Positions 1 through 12,963 of a stretch of DNA of 64,000 nt are shown here, one piece after another. The position numbers were made by a program, and so were the translations under genes. Numbering within the stretch: the stretch's first letter is position 1; each line of letters starts with the position of its first letter. Source of the DNA: Octopus sinensis (lineage: Eukaryota); assembly GCF_006345805.1 (NCBI RefSeq), contig NC_043015.1, positions 9,858,001 to 9,922,000 on the forward strand, written 5' to 3'. The notes beneath the pieces are model-generated. The model saw only the letters and a list, made by a program, of their open reading frames with translations, did not search any database and was not told the DNA's origin.

Positions 1-740
1 GTCTGTGTAGCAGTTCATGGCATATATTAATTCAAAACAAGGATTATTACCCTTATTACAGGTGGATAAGTATAGAATATCGAAAATATGGAATGGAATG
101 TAAGGAGTAAATCAAATTAGAGTTAATCTATATGTATAATAAAGTGTATGCAAAAATAATAGCTAAACCAATATGAGTATGTAACTATTTATTGAATATT
201 ACACGATTAAAAAGTACTAAAATAAAAAATATATATATTTCCATATCGAGCACTATGAAACAATTAGGAAAGGGTATAAGAACGTATAAATTTATAAATA
301 TAAATATAATACTGTAATATATTATAAAGTAAGTTTTGTGAAAACAAATTATAAACACCTCTACAATCTCTAGAAGCTACACAGTTACATAGGTACGTAT
401 ATAGATATATAGAAACTTAATAATATAGGATATACAAAATTAAAATAATACAAAGACGAAATACTTTTATATAAAAACATTTTTCTAGAGATTTTATAAA
501 ATAAGATATTCCATTGCAAATGATATAAAAGATGTAACAGGGATAAAAAGATAAGGAAAAGTCAAGGTATGAATTTTAAATGCCAATTAAAGAATAAATA
601 GATTAAGATAAATATATATTTGGAAATAGATTTATATAAATATTTGTAAAATATATCAGAGACACTGATTTATGTCGAATAATAATAGTTCCTTAGGGGA
701 GATGCGAGATTTAGTAATCCATTGCAAGGGAAGAAAATGC
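1..740 (+). mobile_element. Highly decayed non-LTR retrotransposon 3' remnant (probably L1/Tx1-like)
   Basis: A-rich skewed sequence ending in DLCRI..SSLGEMRDLVIHC (~665-725), which resembles the C-x2-C...H-x3-C zinc-binding tail of L1/Tx1 RTs. Many stops. Confidence 0.3.
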
Positions 741-767
741 CAGTACCGAAGGGGAATAAATTTAATA

Positions 768-1178
768 TATTCATTTCTTTATTGCCTACAGGGGGCTAAA
801 CATAGAGGGGACAAACAAGGACAGACAAACGTATTAAGTCGATTACATCGACCCCAGCGCGTAACTGGTACTTATTTAATCGACCCCGAAAGGATGAAAG
901 GCAATGTCAACCTCGGTGAAATTGGAACTCAAACGTAGCGGCAGACGAAATACTTATTTCTTTACTTCCCACAAGGGGCAAAAAACACAGAGAGGACAAA
1001 CAAAAGGATTAAGTCGATTATATCGACACCAGTGTGTAACTGGTACTTATTTAATCGACTCCGAAAGGATGAAAGGTAAATCGACCTCCGCGGAACTCGA
1101 ACTCAGAACGTAGCCGTAGACGAAATACCGCTAAGCATTTCGCCCAGCGTGCTAACGATTCTGCCAGCTCGCCGCCTT
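768..1178 (-). mobile_element. tRNA-derived SINE family A, tandem dimer (complete copy ~953-1178 plus headless copy ~768-951)
   Basis: Minus strand reads GGCGGCGAGCTGGCAGAATCGTTAGCACG (A box) ... GTTCTGAGTTCGAG (B box) ... CCTTTCATCCTTTCGGAGTCGATTAAATAAGTACCAGTT; the body is repeated twice. Same family at 10301 and 47270. Confidence 0.85.
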
Positions 1179-2038
1179 TGACATATAAGTATCAAATGAA
1201 GTATTAATAAATATTATGCACAATAATAGTTATCGTGCTATAAGTATCCATATTCAAATGGAAATTTTCTCAAACTCACGCATCATTATACTCATAGCGT
1301 TCCCAAATTTGAAGCAGATTTATCGTTTGTGCATGTAATATCACTAGTTAGATATTTCAAATGAATTTTATTCTCAGAAAAATGTATCTGATGGCAGAAA
1401 TCAGGACGAAAAGTACATCTGGTAACTCTTATACTTGACAATGGTTTTATTTTGCCATCTGGTATGTATAACGAAAAGTGCATGTTCTCCTTGTAGATAT
1501 ATTTTATGCGTGAATAAGAATATGGTAAAAATGTTGTTTTTTTCCTTAACGGATATCATATTATATTTCGTATATCGTTATACCATGATAATTTTACGTA
1601 GAGAAGAATAACAGAAAAATCATTCCACATTTAAATGGTATACGTTTGTGAAATTAATAAATCTATCTCAAAAATGTCCTTGGGGTATAAGTAACAAGTG
1701 CCCTACATATACAAATTGAGAATTGTGGTTTTCTTTTTTCCACCATATAAATATCCAATAGCAGTATGAAATACGTAGCTCATACACAGGCAAGCAAGCA
1801 ATCGTACTTAAATTTCTCCTGCTTTGAAATGGTGTATAATACTAGTCATAATTAAACTTGACATAAAAATGACATGCAGGCACTGATCATATTTCATAAA
1901 TCCCCAGATTAATAACAAACGGCTAAAGAAAAAAAGCACGATAATACAAACGGAAGCATTCAGCATTCCTAAAGTTAATCAATGCATGAGGAAGAAATAT
2001 ATTTTAAAATTTTCTTTTATCTTTTACTCGTCTTATAG

Positions 2039-2111
2039 TCTTTTACTTGCCTTGGATTAGTAGAAGTCACAAGCAAAATGGACCCCACGACGGGACTGAA
2101 CACGAAATAAT
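2039..2111 (+). other. Candidate spliced exon (73 nt) of an unidentified gene
   Basis: Pyrimidine tract ttttcttttatcttttactcgtcttatAG before it and GTGAGT after it. One open frame: FYLPWISRSHKQNGPHDGTEHEI. Confidence 0.3.
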
Positions 2112-2471
2112 GTGAGTTAGTTAACCACAAGACGCCATGCCAGTTCATAGGTACTTATGGAAGAGAAAATATGAATGAGCGATGTGATGTAATTTTAATC
2201 TACAATTTTCAGCCTCCGGTCAAGGTTTCAAATACTGTACAAGATATATAAGTTAACGACTGCAATATTCTCAATGTGGCTGTAAATAAAAGTGAATTCT
2301 TGGCGTTTTATGTGCTTCATGTACAACTACATAAACAGCAAAGCAATTTCTTGGCGTTTAATTACTTCTTGTTTACAGTCGCCACTATATTCATAAGCTA
2401 TAAACTTCTAACTTATTCATAACTATTGAAACGGGGCTGGTCACCCAAATTCTAGTTTAAATGTATACAAA

Positions 2472-2474
<3 letters not shown>

Positions 2475-2516
<42 letters not shown>

Positions 2517-2780
2517 ATGCATACACACACACTCAGGCATGCACACACAAGGAGACAGAGGTGCATATATACAAACACACGGTCACACACATACATAATA
2601 ATTACACAAACACGGACATGCAAGCACATGAATATGCAGAATGCATACAGTTGCACAACCATACATATATACATATGCATACACACACATATATACATAC
2701 ACACACATACATACATACATAAGTACATACATATATACATACATGCATAGGTACACACACTGATCCACACACATGTGCAC
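2475..2780. repeat. (CA)n/(TACA)n compound microsatellite
   Basis: Directly visible di- and tetranucleotide runs. Confidence 0.95.
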
Positions 2781-3057
2781 AAACAAAAAGGAACGCAGTA
2801 TAGATAACAGAGTCAAGACTATTGAAAACGTTGCATGACGCTACGAAAATTTTAGGAAAATAAAAGTAAGGAATAAATGGAGATTTTACCGGTGAGTGTA
2901 TTAAACTATATCCGGACATACTGTGGGTTTATTCTACATCTAAGATGGTTTGAATTGTGACGATCCGAAGCACTGTTCACCTAGTGACCGGACTAAATCA
3001 TTCGCAGGCACTTCTTTTGTTTATATTTTTATTTGATCTTTTTTTTTTATCTTATAG

Positions 3058-3072
3058 GTATTACATTGTTCG
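3058..3072 (+). other. Candidate 15-nt microexon
   Basis: About 45-nt pyrimidine-rich tract ending cttatAG, then GTATTACATTGTTCG, then GTATGT donor. Confidence 0.3.
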
Positions 3073-4021
3073 GTATGTTTTAATCGAATAAGTATCCACT
3101 GTATTTCTTCTCCATTTTCTTATACTGTTATAATACAATATTGGACGGTTTGTCCCTATATATTGCGGAATTGCGTCTCAATATATAAATCGATAACAGC
3201 AGTTGATATCCGGGTTTTAAAATCCCTAACGAGGATATTACATCCTCAGTTTTGACTATATATGATGGATGCAAATATAGATTCATAGAGGTAAAATGAT
3301 CCCGTGTTAGGTAAGAACAGCTGATCAGGATCTAAAATCTGCTATGATAACACCTGTAAAAATTTCTTGTTGAAATAATAAGTATATATTACATGTGTAT
3401 TGCAAATTTTTCACATGTCACTTTGACACCACTCTCTATCTCATGCACACATGCACAAATGCATACACACACACGCACACGTGCACACACATCCAAACTC
3501 ACACACACATGCACACACTAGCGAAGTATGAACATTTTGTACAATTCTTGAGTTCATCTAATAATACGAGATGTGACATTTGCCATCTAATTAGGACACA
3601 TAAATAACTGCCAGCATATAATAACTTAGACCAATAGATTAATGCCCGTTAAAATTACACATTTATCTATATCATTATATATAAGTGTAATACGCTGGCG
3701 CTAATTAACAGACTTTAAATTGGTTTATGCCATATAGGGAACTTTAAATCGAATATACATAAATATATTCACATCTAAATACAAGAAGGTGTTCTGCTAA
3801 CCATATCTACACGAATGGGTCGAATGAAATGCTAAATGGTTTTCTATATAAATGGATGTAGGTATGCGTATGAAAGTGTGGGGAGGTGGCAACAATACAG
3901 AGATATGTAAAACAAACAGATGAATGAGAATTAGGCTACAGTGAGAATGGAGGGGAAAAAGAAAAATGACAAAACATCGTATGGAATATTTGCTGAAAGC
4001 TTGACATATTCAGGAGAGCTA

Positions 4022-4576
4022 TTGGGTTGACCGGAAAGATCGTGCTGATTTATAGTAGCTTACATTTCGACTAATTTAAGAACATGGATGAGTTCATAAA
4101 ATAGGATTTTACTACACCTCCATTTAGAGCACTGTTTAAGCTGTCTTTACGTGGAAGTAGATTTATGATCCTATAACCTGTGTTAATTATGTAACCCTTA
4201 AAAATGGAAAATAAGAAAGTTCATTTTCGGCACTTGATGGTTTGGGAACCAGACAAAAATTATTGCAGCTCGGCTGGGATGTGTTACCCCACCCTCCATA
4301 TTCATCAGATATTGATCCGTCGGATTTCCACTTATTCAGAATAGTCTTAAGGGTAAACATTTCAAATCCTTTGATGACGTAAGAAGATAGCTTGATGAAT
4401 TCTTTGCCATGTAACCACCTCAATTCCGAGAAGTGGGTATTTTCAAGTAAAAGGAAAGATGGAGACACATTGTGCAATAAAATGGCCCATATTTGGTTGA
4501 TTAAAAATGTAATGGCAAGTATTTATCGATCTTTGTCTTTCCTTTAAAAATCAACACGAACTTCCGGACAGCCCAA
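4022..4576 (+). mobile_element. Internally deleted mariner (non-autonomous, 555 bp)
   Basis: About 30-bp imperfect TIRs (ttgggttgaccggaaagatcgtgctgattt / aaatcaacacgaacttccggacagcccaa) flanked by TA. N-terminus MENKKVHFRHLMVWE (ATG 4204) is joined out of frame to the C-terminus RQKLLQLGWDVLPHPPYSSDIDPSDFHLFR. Confidence 0.9.
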
Positions 4577-4644
4577 TAGGAGATCGTAAAAAAATTAATG
4601 TTTTGAAATAAATATGAAATTGAAGTGAATTCTGTGGTATGCTG

Positions 4645-4712
4645 ATACCATACTTTTGTATGATATATTTCCCATATAATACCATACTTTTGTATGATAT
4701 ATTTCCCATATA
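4645..4712. repeat. 34-bp perfect tandem duplication
   Basis: ataccatacttttgtatgatatatttcccatata at 4645 and 4679. Confidence 0.95.
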
Positions 4713-5261
4713 ATATCATAAATTTCGAAGAATATGCTGATTCTATACAGCGCAAAATGCATTATGATCGAGATTTATAATCTTATGTATTCCAGACATA
4801 AATTTAGGGTGATTTATTATCATATTTTCGTTATTGGCTGATATAATTGGTTCTCTACGTAACAGGTCTTGAAGAAATTTCGATGACACTTTTCGAAGGA
4901 GGAGCAACTATGGAGGTGCACCTCCTGTGGGTGTACACGAATGTATAGAGATGCGCTCGAAGATTTGTATTTGCCTGTTTTATAGTATTTCTGAGTTTAT
5001 GCATGTCTGCTTGCGTATCTCTTGATACAGGAACTATATATATATATATATATATATATATGGAGATTAGTTTTATGTCCGACGGCATATACATGAATTG
5101 ATAGGTATATGTGAATCTCTATATTTGTAAAGTGCCCATACATGCGAAATTATAGATATGCACATATGAGAGTATATATGTATATACACATGTACACCAT
5201 ATACACATATACGCACACACAGAGGCACACATACACATATATTGGAAGTTAATTCCACAGC

Positions 5262-6315
5262 ACATTACTGCACATCTCTCAAGTCTTTCCTCAAAGGAAT
5301 AGTGTCTGAGTTTATTTAACCTCTCCTAGTAGCTTGTCTATTTCACCGAGTCAATATTCCTTGCGTGGTGGTGCTGGATTGCCTAGTTTCACTATCAGTT
5401 ATACCCTCCTTTGATTTCTGAATGATCTCCGAACGCTTTCAATTACGCGCCTGCACATTGTTACCATGTTGGTAATATGGAATGTTACATCATTACTCAT
5501 AGGAATTCCCAGGTCAGGCACTGAGTCTGGTTTTGGTATTGCACTACCACTGGTCCCGTGTATTCCGAATGATGTATGTTTGTGAACCGATGCTGGAATG
5601 CTTGAAAATTCTCAGCTTTGAACTGAACATAATTCATCTGAATTCCTTGATGAGTTCTAACTCATCACCTTACATCATTTATATCGATGTAATGGACAGG
5701 TTTTTTTTTTCTGATGTAGATCTGCAATGTTTTAAAGCGCTCCAGGCTTGAGTATTTGCATATTACCCAGTGGAGGGGCAACAACACATTGCATTGTTTA
5801 TTTAGCACTTCATTTACCCTCTTGGTGTTTCCAGTAAATCCTGCCAGCCTTCTTTTTTAAACATTGGTCCTATTTTGTAGTGCCCCAAGACAGATTCTTC
5901 AGTAAATTTGTAAAAGTGTTCGAGATTCATTTTATATTTTTCACCGCCTTAGTTTCTCTTTCTACCCTTTTCATTTCATGGGAGAGTCTGAGATTATTTC
6001 GCTCTTTAATAGTACATCACCTGAGGGTATTAGTAAGTTGTTATTAAGTTGTCCATTTAACCGATTGCAGATCTTTATTCTCCGTTTCTAGAATGATGTT
6101 TGTATATAATCGCTATATTCTCTGAGGCAAATTTAATGCGTATTGCCTACATTATTGACAGGGATTCTTTAAGTTTCACATCAATGTCTTGCACAGACAG
6201 ACTAGGCTTTTAAGCCAATTTTGATGGATAATCCGTTTTTCAATTGAGTCCCATTCAACCTTGTAGATGCAAGCTGTTTACCTACGAGTACCATCTATAT
6301 TGAGCTCATTGTTAA
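5262..6315 (-). mobile_element. Old, internally deleted CR1-like LINE related to the 15.9-18.8 kb element
   Basis: The reverse complement aligns by eye to ~16500-17110 and ~17880-18350 (e.g. gacattgatgtgaaactt vs gaaatcgacgtgaagctt; gctgagaattttcaagc vs gctgaaaagtttcaagc). The central RT is missing. Confidence 0.8.
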
Positions 6316-6381
6316 TTAGAAAGGAACTGTACATCGGCAGTTTATTCTAAAATGACGGCCGATGATACCTTTAGATGAGGC

Positions 6382-6383
<2 letters not shown>

Positions 6384-6453
<70 letters not shown>

Positions 6454-6565
6454 GGCATGCATATATATATAATGTTGTGTATGCACATAAAGATATATAT
6501 ATATATATATATATACATACATACATACATACATACATACATACATACATACATACATACATACA
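6384..6565. repeat. (TA)n(GA)n(TACA)n compound microsatellite
   Basis: Directly visible. Confidence 0.95.
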
Positions 6566-6770
6566 AACAAAATATGGGGAGTTTAGGTCACAGGTGTTCT
6601 AACCGATTAGGTATGCTAGGTAAGTGCTGTAATGGATTACTGGTGCTCCAATGTTATAGCCGAGACGGTAGTTATGGAGTCATTGCAGATTTCCGATGTA
6701 GTGGATATATAATAGTTAAGCAGGACGTCAAACATTAAGGCAAGGCAAATATCTCAAATCATATAGAATA

Positions 6771-7141
6771 CTAGCAGTATCGCCCGGCATTGCTCAGGTT
6801 TGTAACGGAAATAACTATAAAGCATTTTTAGAGAGTTATAGCCAAAAAATGGGAAAAAAATGATGGTAATTTTTGTTTTAGTTAAAAAGGTCGAGTTGCG
6901 TCCCCTAGACAGTCTGTGGTTTGTGTTTCTGATTCTCGACCCGATGTCGAATTTATCGATTTTTTTCAGAACTGGGGGAACTTTTCAAAATTTTCGCTGC
7001 GTTAGTTTTGAATCATGACATTGGTCTATGTGTGTGTCAAGGTTCATCAGAATCGGTTGAAAGCCGTGGTCAGTGTGAGGGTACAACCTAACAGACACAC
7101 AGAAACACACACAGAAAAACTGCCGTTTATATATAGAGAGA
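6771..7141 (-). mobile_element. Non-autonomous Helitron (371 bp)
   Basis: On the minus strand: A|TCTCTCTATATATAAACGG 5' end, subterminal hairpin cctgagcaatgccggg, and CTAG|T 3' end. Inserted between A and T with no TSD. Confidence 0.8.
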
Positions 7142-7199
7142 TTATTATAGGAAGAGATACAAAATCTTACAACTCTTTCTGGGGTACCTCGGAGTATGG

Positions 7200-8620
7200 G
7201 CTCTTCTGTCATCAAAGACAAAGAGGGTAAACAATATGGAAAATGTGACTGGTATATATCAATAAGCTGATAACATAGAGGAAGGGAATAAAAGAATAAG
7301 GAGATGGAAAGAGAGAAGTAAAAAGAAGCATAAAAGTTCATAGTTCAACTTTCCGAAGTTATAGAAACCAGAGCAGGAGTCCTTAGGTGCAATCCTGGCG
7401 CAGATCCATGAGCGTACGACTTTGGGTGCAATCCTATGCGTATTCATATGGGTTAAAGTACTGATATAGAAGACATACCAAGAAAAAGACGCGAACGTAT
7501 CAACGTCCAATAACAGAATGGTAACGGGCGTGGCTATTAATTGGTAAAAGTAAAGAAAAGAAAAGAAAGATAAAGAGAGGTATATAGAGTGAGGTAGTGG
7601 GGGGTTTTAACGATTGGCTATAGGATAAAGTCAGGTGCATATGTTTATGTTGTCTCAAATTGTGTTCATGGTAGCAGAGAAGATAAGACAGAAGATGGGA
7701 ATGTAGAGGAGGATATGGTAAAAACAAAATAGAGCGAAATTAAAGGAACTTAAAGAGTGTAGTAGATGTCTGGTAGACTCAAAATCTAAAGTTGTTGGGG
7801 AGGAAATTTGGTAGTAAATATTTTTGTCCGTCCTGTAGAGTTATTTTTAGCAAAGGGGTTGTGTGTGCGTAAGGAGTCGAGAAAGGAAGGGTTCGTTGAA
7901 TGTAGGGGTTTATAGTAGGGGATTTATTGGGCTAAGGTTTAAAATTTATTAAGGATAAATTAAAGATTTAATATTTAACTCATAGTATGATGAGGTGGGG
8001 GAAGCACTCCGTCGGTTACGACGATAAGGGTTCCGGTTGATCCGACCAACGGAACAGCCTGCTCGTGAAATTAACGTGTAAGTGGCTGAGCACTCCACAG
8101 ACACGTGTACCCTTAACGTAGTTCTCGGGGATATTCAGCGTGACACAGAGAGTGACAAGGCCGGCCCTTTGAAATACAGGTACAACAGAAACAGGAAGTA
8201 AGAATGAGAGAAAGTTGTGGTGAAAGTGTACAGCAGGGATCACCACCATCCCCTACCGGAGACTCGTGGAGCTTTAGGTGTTTTCGCTCAATAAACACTC
8301 AGAACGCCCGGTCTGATGATGAGGTTCGGTACATAGATATGAGGTAAGACATAAGGTAGGAATAAGAGTTATAGGGATATAGAAAAGGTATGCATTAATA
8401 ATCACAGGCATCTGTATGTGGGTGCAATTCATAGGGGATGAGCTTACATTTAGATTTATGGAAGAATTTAAAAGTGCGGAAGAATTTATGCTGACACATC
8501 ATTCTATTAAGCAATTGTGGTGAGTTCTGGGTTAGAATTTCGAGAGCTTCTTTTAAGCAAAGTCCACAAGGAGAGTTTTGGCCCTGATATGGAGTACCTA
8601 GAGACTATTATAGCCCATGT
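7200..8620 (+). mobile_element. Decayed purine-skewed retroelement remnant hosting a SINE insertion
   Basis: Strong A/G strand skew with no intact motifs. Similar skewed tracts at ~11100-11520 and ~12100-12620. Confidence 0.25.
7997..8315 (-). mobile_element. SINE family B, 5'-truncated, with 10-bp TSD
   Basis: Near-identical to 29356-29617. TSD ATGATGAGGT at 7987-7996 and 8316-8325. Confidence 0.9.
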
Positions 8621-9867
8621 GTGCACGTACGTGTGCATATATGTATATATATGCCTGTATGCATGTGCATAAGTGTATATACATATACACTCCCATATGT
8701 GCATATGTATAATTTCACAATTACTACCAAAGTTCCTGTATTTTTCTACTAATTAGATGGTGTATGTCGCTGGTTAGTGATGTGGAATTGCTGTTCTCCT
8801 TATATTTATACGAGTTTAATTGTGCGTGATATCTTTGTTTAAAATTAGTGCTAGAACCAATGTAGCAGCTACAAGAGTTATTTACCATGTTGTGAACCGT
8901 GCATCGGTATACGACGTTGAATCTTCTGCATTGGGTTTGCAGCGGGCAATCTGTCCGGGAATCTGTAGCATATATACAATGTTATGTATTGGCATAAACG
9001 TTTATGTGTGTGTGTGAGGTGTATGGTGGATAAACTATCGCTATATGCGTGTCATGTAGATGCATGTACATTTGAAGCAAAGAGATTGAAAGAATGCAGG
9101 CTATTGTATCACATCAACTGATTTTCCAATATTCATGTTTGCGGGCTCGATTGAGCTTATTTCTGTATATCCATTTCTGTTAACTGTTTGTATATTACAC
9201 TTTGAGTTAGGTTTACTGCATTGAAAATATGCGTATCTCTAGCTCATATCGCTGGATTATATTTAAAGAGAGCTTATTTTTTTTATATTGATATCATTCA
9301 CAACTGTATATTGATGAATAATATGTTGAGTTTTGAGATATGAACGTTAACCTTTTAGATAATTAGGTTCAACATATTTCTGTAAGGATTCCCTCCGAAT
9401 TCATGGTGTCCATCAGTAGTGAATTAGACTGAATCTATTCATTTTGACGTCTTGATCACCAATCTAAATACGTGCATATTATATGTAGCGTTGAACACAT
9501 TTTTATATATTGATAAGAGAAGAAAGTAATCAGAATTTGAATAAATGCAAATCATTGAGCCCTTTCATCCACTTCGAGGATGCGTCATGAATTGTGACTG
9601 CACAAAAAATGTTTCCATTTTTTGTCTATATATGCGTATTTCTGGAAAAGGTTCAGTTGTTCGATTTCTTGCCTTGGGTCTGGAAAACGGATATTTGAGT
9701 TGCTTTTTGTTATTTTGAATCCTTATATGTTTGTATGTGTGTTTATATATTTGCGTGTGTGGTGACTTCTTAAACGGAGCATATATGAAAATTTTAGAAA
9801 TTAGGTTCGAGAGGGAAGGAAAATAAAACAAACAATGTGTGTTTTGAGGAGGGGTTTATTTGATGAA

Positions 9868-9883
9868 AGGTCAAAAGAGGTCA
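9868..9883 (+). promoter_or_regulatory. Perfect DR4 nuclear-receptor-type element
   Basis: AGGTCA-aaag-AGGTCA in apparently unique sequence. Confidence 0.3.
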
Positions 9884-10080
9884 AGATTTCTATCATTTGC
9901 AATAATTTCTATCAATTGCAATGATCTTTTTGCTTTTGGTCATTAAATGGCTGACAGGGATTTTGGTCATATATTCAGTGGTTGACTTTTGGAGAATAAA
10001 ATTGAACCGAAATGTTTTAAAGATACCCCAAATTATTTGAGAAGGGTTTTAAATGTGTGTGTTTGAGAGAGAGAAAAAGT

Positions 10081-10114
<34 letters not shown>

Positions 10115-10297
10115 AGAGAGATCTTAAGAAGCAAACGTAGAATTAAACAACAGATTCAACGGCATTTCGTCCTATAAATGACTGAACGATTGCAAAGTGT
10201 AAAATAGAAATAAATTTATGAGGCAACATTTATAAAGCATATAAAAAGGATATTTATCACAACATGAGAACTTTTTATTAACAAGATTAATTTTTCA

Positions 10298-10433
10298 CTA
10301 AGGCGGCGAGCTTGGCAGAAACGTTAGCACGCCGGGCGAAATGCTTTACGGTATTTCATCTGTCTTTATGTTCTGAGTTCAAATTCCTTGTTTGTCCTCT
10401 TAGTGTGTAGCCCCTTGTGGGAAGTAAAGAAAT
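10298..10433 (+). mobile_element. SINE family A, head-to-tail internal deletion, 15-bp TSD
   Basis: tRNA head (10301-10386) fused directly to the tail ttgtttgtcc...ccccttgtgggaagtaaagaaat. TSD AAGATTAATTTTTCA at 10283-10297 and 10434-10448. Confidence 0.85.
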
Positions 10434-10816
10434 AAGATTAATTTTTCAGTTGAAGCAAACCAAGAAATACTGGATATTCCAAATGTTATTTCTGTTACTA
10501 ATGAAAAGTTAATTTTCAAACATCAACACTGTTTCTTATATACACTCACACAAACACACATATACATATACACACACACATCGGCAAATGCTCCCGTTTC
10601 AAATTCTCCCCAAACAATTTGGAGAAATCTACAGCTAAAATGAAATTTTCGCTGCAATTTATTGCAAGCGAGAGAAAGCTTGAGCTCTTTGAAACTCCCA
10701 TTAAATTAATCACTCCTGTAAATACCTGTTTAACTTTTTACTGCTTTCTTCTTTCTCTAATCAAGGCTCCAAAAATTCTGTATGTTTTGTTTAAAAATTC
10801 ACACACACACACACAG

Positions 10817-10855
<39 letters not shown>

Positions 10856-10859
10856 ATAT

Positions 10860-10894
<35 letters not shown>

Positions 10895-12768
10895 TGATCA
10901 AAATAAAAACATGATGCGAAGGATTCAGCGGTACATATGTTTCGGGCCTTTATTAGACAGATTTATAACAATGCATAATGTATGTCTGTGGCCTTCTTCA
11001 GCCGCGCACAACAGCTTCCACAAGGACATGTGTTACATCAAAAATTCTTGGTTGGGGATGCAAATCCTCCCATTCGCGTACGACATAATGCGGCAGCAGC
11101 ATAGAATTGAAGCGTCCATCTCTTTCTTCTCTCAATGTAGGATGAGGAAAATTGGATGTTGAAGTAATGTAAATAAATAAATACATGTATATACGTGAAG
11201 ATGGAGGGGCGAGAATTCAGGACGAGGGATAAAAAATGTATAAAAAGTGTAAGTATAGAAAAATATAAAAATGTAGAGCATAAAGATATAAAGAGATATA
11301 AGGAGATGTAAAGGGGGTATAAAGAATATAAAGAAATATAAAGAAATATAAATAAATGTAAAGACATAAGGTTATAAAGTAAAAATAGAAATAGAAATAA
11401 AAGTAAAAAAACATGATAAAAATGTAACAAAATATAAAAAAATATAAAGATAAGGGATGTATAGAGGTTACGGACCAAGCATGGTGGTCAGGAGATTGAT
11501 AAAATTTAGTTGTAGAATTGTCAGTAAATCAACAGTTTCGTCTGGGGACCTAATGCGTTGTAAATCAGAGCTGTTGAGCGTTTAATCTGGTTCCTTGAAT
11601 TATTTGGACTTCTAGTACATACATACCAACATGGATACATACACCCATATACACGCGTACATATACGCCTCCAAGCCTATAAGGATACACACGCACTCGT
11701 GTGTAAACATGTATATAAAAACACACACACCCACACGCACGTGCGTACACACACATACATACAACAGAATATCCGCATGTATATACGGACACTATACGTG
11801 TACACACTCACATGTACATACGCGCACCCATCCCTACATACACACACGCATATGCCTATGCTTCCAGGTCTAGATATAAGATATTAAAGGATGTATATAA
11901 GAGCGTATGTAAGGAATCACGTCTATACGTGCACGCACACACGGCTGTGTGTACGTATGTGCGTGCACACATACACCTACACACACACACAGAGACATAT
12001 GGGTATAGCTATAAGATATCAAAATATGCATGTACATATATGCGCGCGTATATGTATGTATGCGTATACATACGTACACGGACGCTCGTATAGTCAAAAG
12101 TGGATCCATAGGTAAGTAAATAAACATATATAGAGATGTAAAGCGATAAGTTAGGGGTAATAATGAGGGTAAGGGTAAAAATTAAAAATAAAAGTAAGAA
12201 ATACAGTATAAAATAAGAAATACAATGTAATAGTTAGAAATGAAATATAAAAATTATAAAAATTATAAGAGTTAAGGTAAGGGATGAAAATGAAAATGAG
12301 AATAAATGGAAGTAGAATAAAAGTAAAAATAAAAATAAAATAAAATAAGAAAATATAATTTAACATGAGATGAAGGTGGTTGAAAGTTAGAGGTGTGTGT
12401 TAAAAGTGCCCACGTAGGGGCGGGTGGGGGGGGACTGAAAATTGGAAGGGTGGGAAGTGGAGTTTGGCGGTGTGCGTTCAACATCCGAGTTAGAAATGTG
12501 AAAGGGTATAGATATAGGGAAGTAAAGAGACTATATAGGAAGGATATGGGTGTAGGAGAAGAAATATTTAGGGAAAAGAAGTCATGTATGGGAGACAAAA
12601 TTTGTATATATAGGAGGAAAATGCAGGGAAACATATATGCACATACACACACCCACACACACACACACACACGCACGTATATATATATATGTACGTACAT
12701 ATACGTACACATATGTGCACATACCTATACATACACACACACACATACGCATATACACGCACATATAT

Positions 12769-12963
12769 ATATTGTTATATTTCGGAATGGCCATTATGCT
12801 AATTTAGCCAATAAAAAACACGCACTATATATTTGGTGTTATTTTGCTTCAGTGCTATTTATTTTTTACATTAATCTTAATCTTATTTCGGCCAGAGTTC
12901 TTTCATCACACTCCTGTGTGGGGCTTCTTCTACTTGTGCTAGTATTCCGAAATATAACAATAT
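12769..12963. mobile_element. MITE with perfect 20-bp terminal inverted repeats
   Basis: atattgttatatttcggaat (12769-12788) / attccgaaatataacaatat (12944-12963), TA at the ends. Confidence 0.8.

Noticed and set aside
1378-1461. 84-nt exon with a GTATGT donor
   Set aside because: Stops in all three frames; the alternative shorter donor (GTAACT) is weak.
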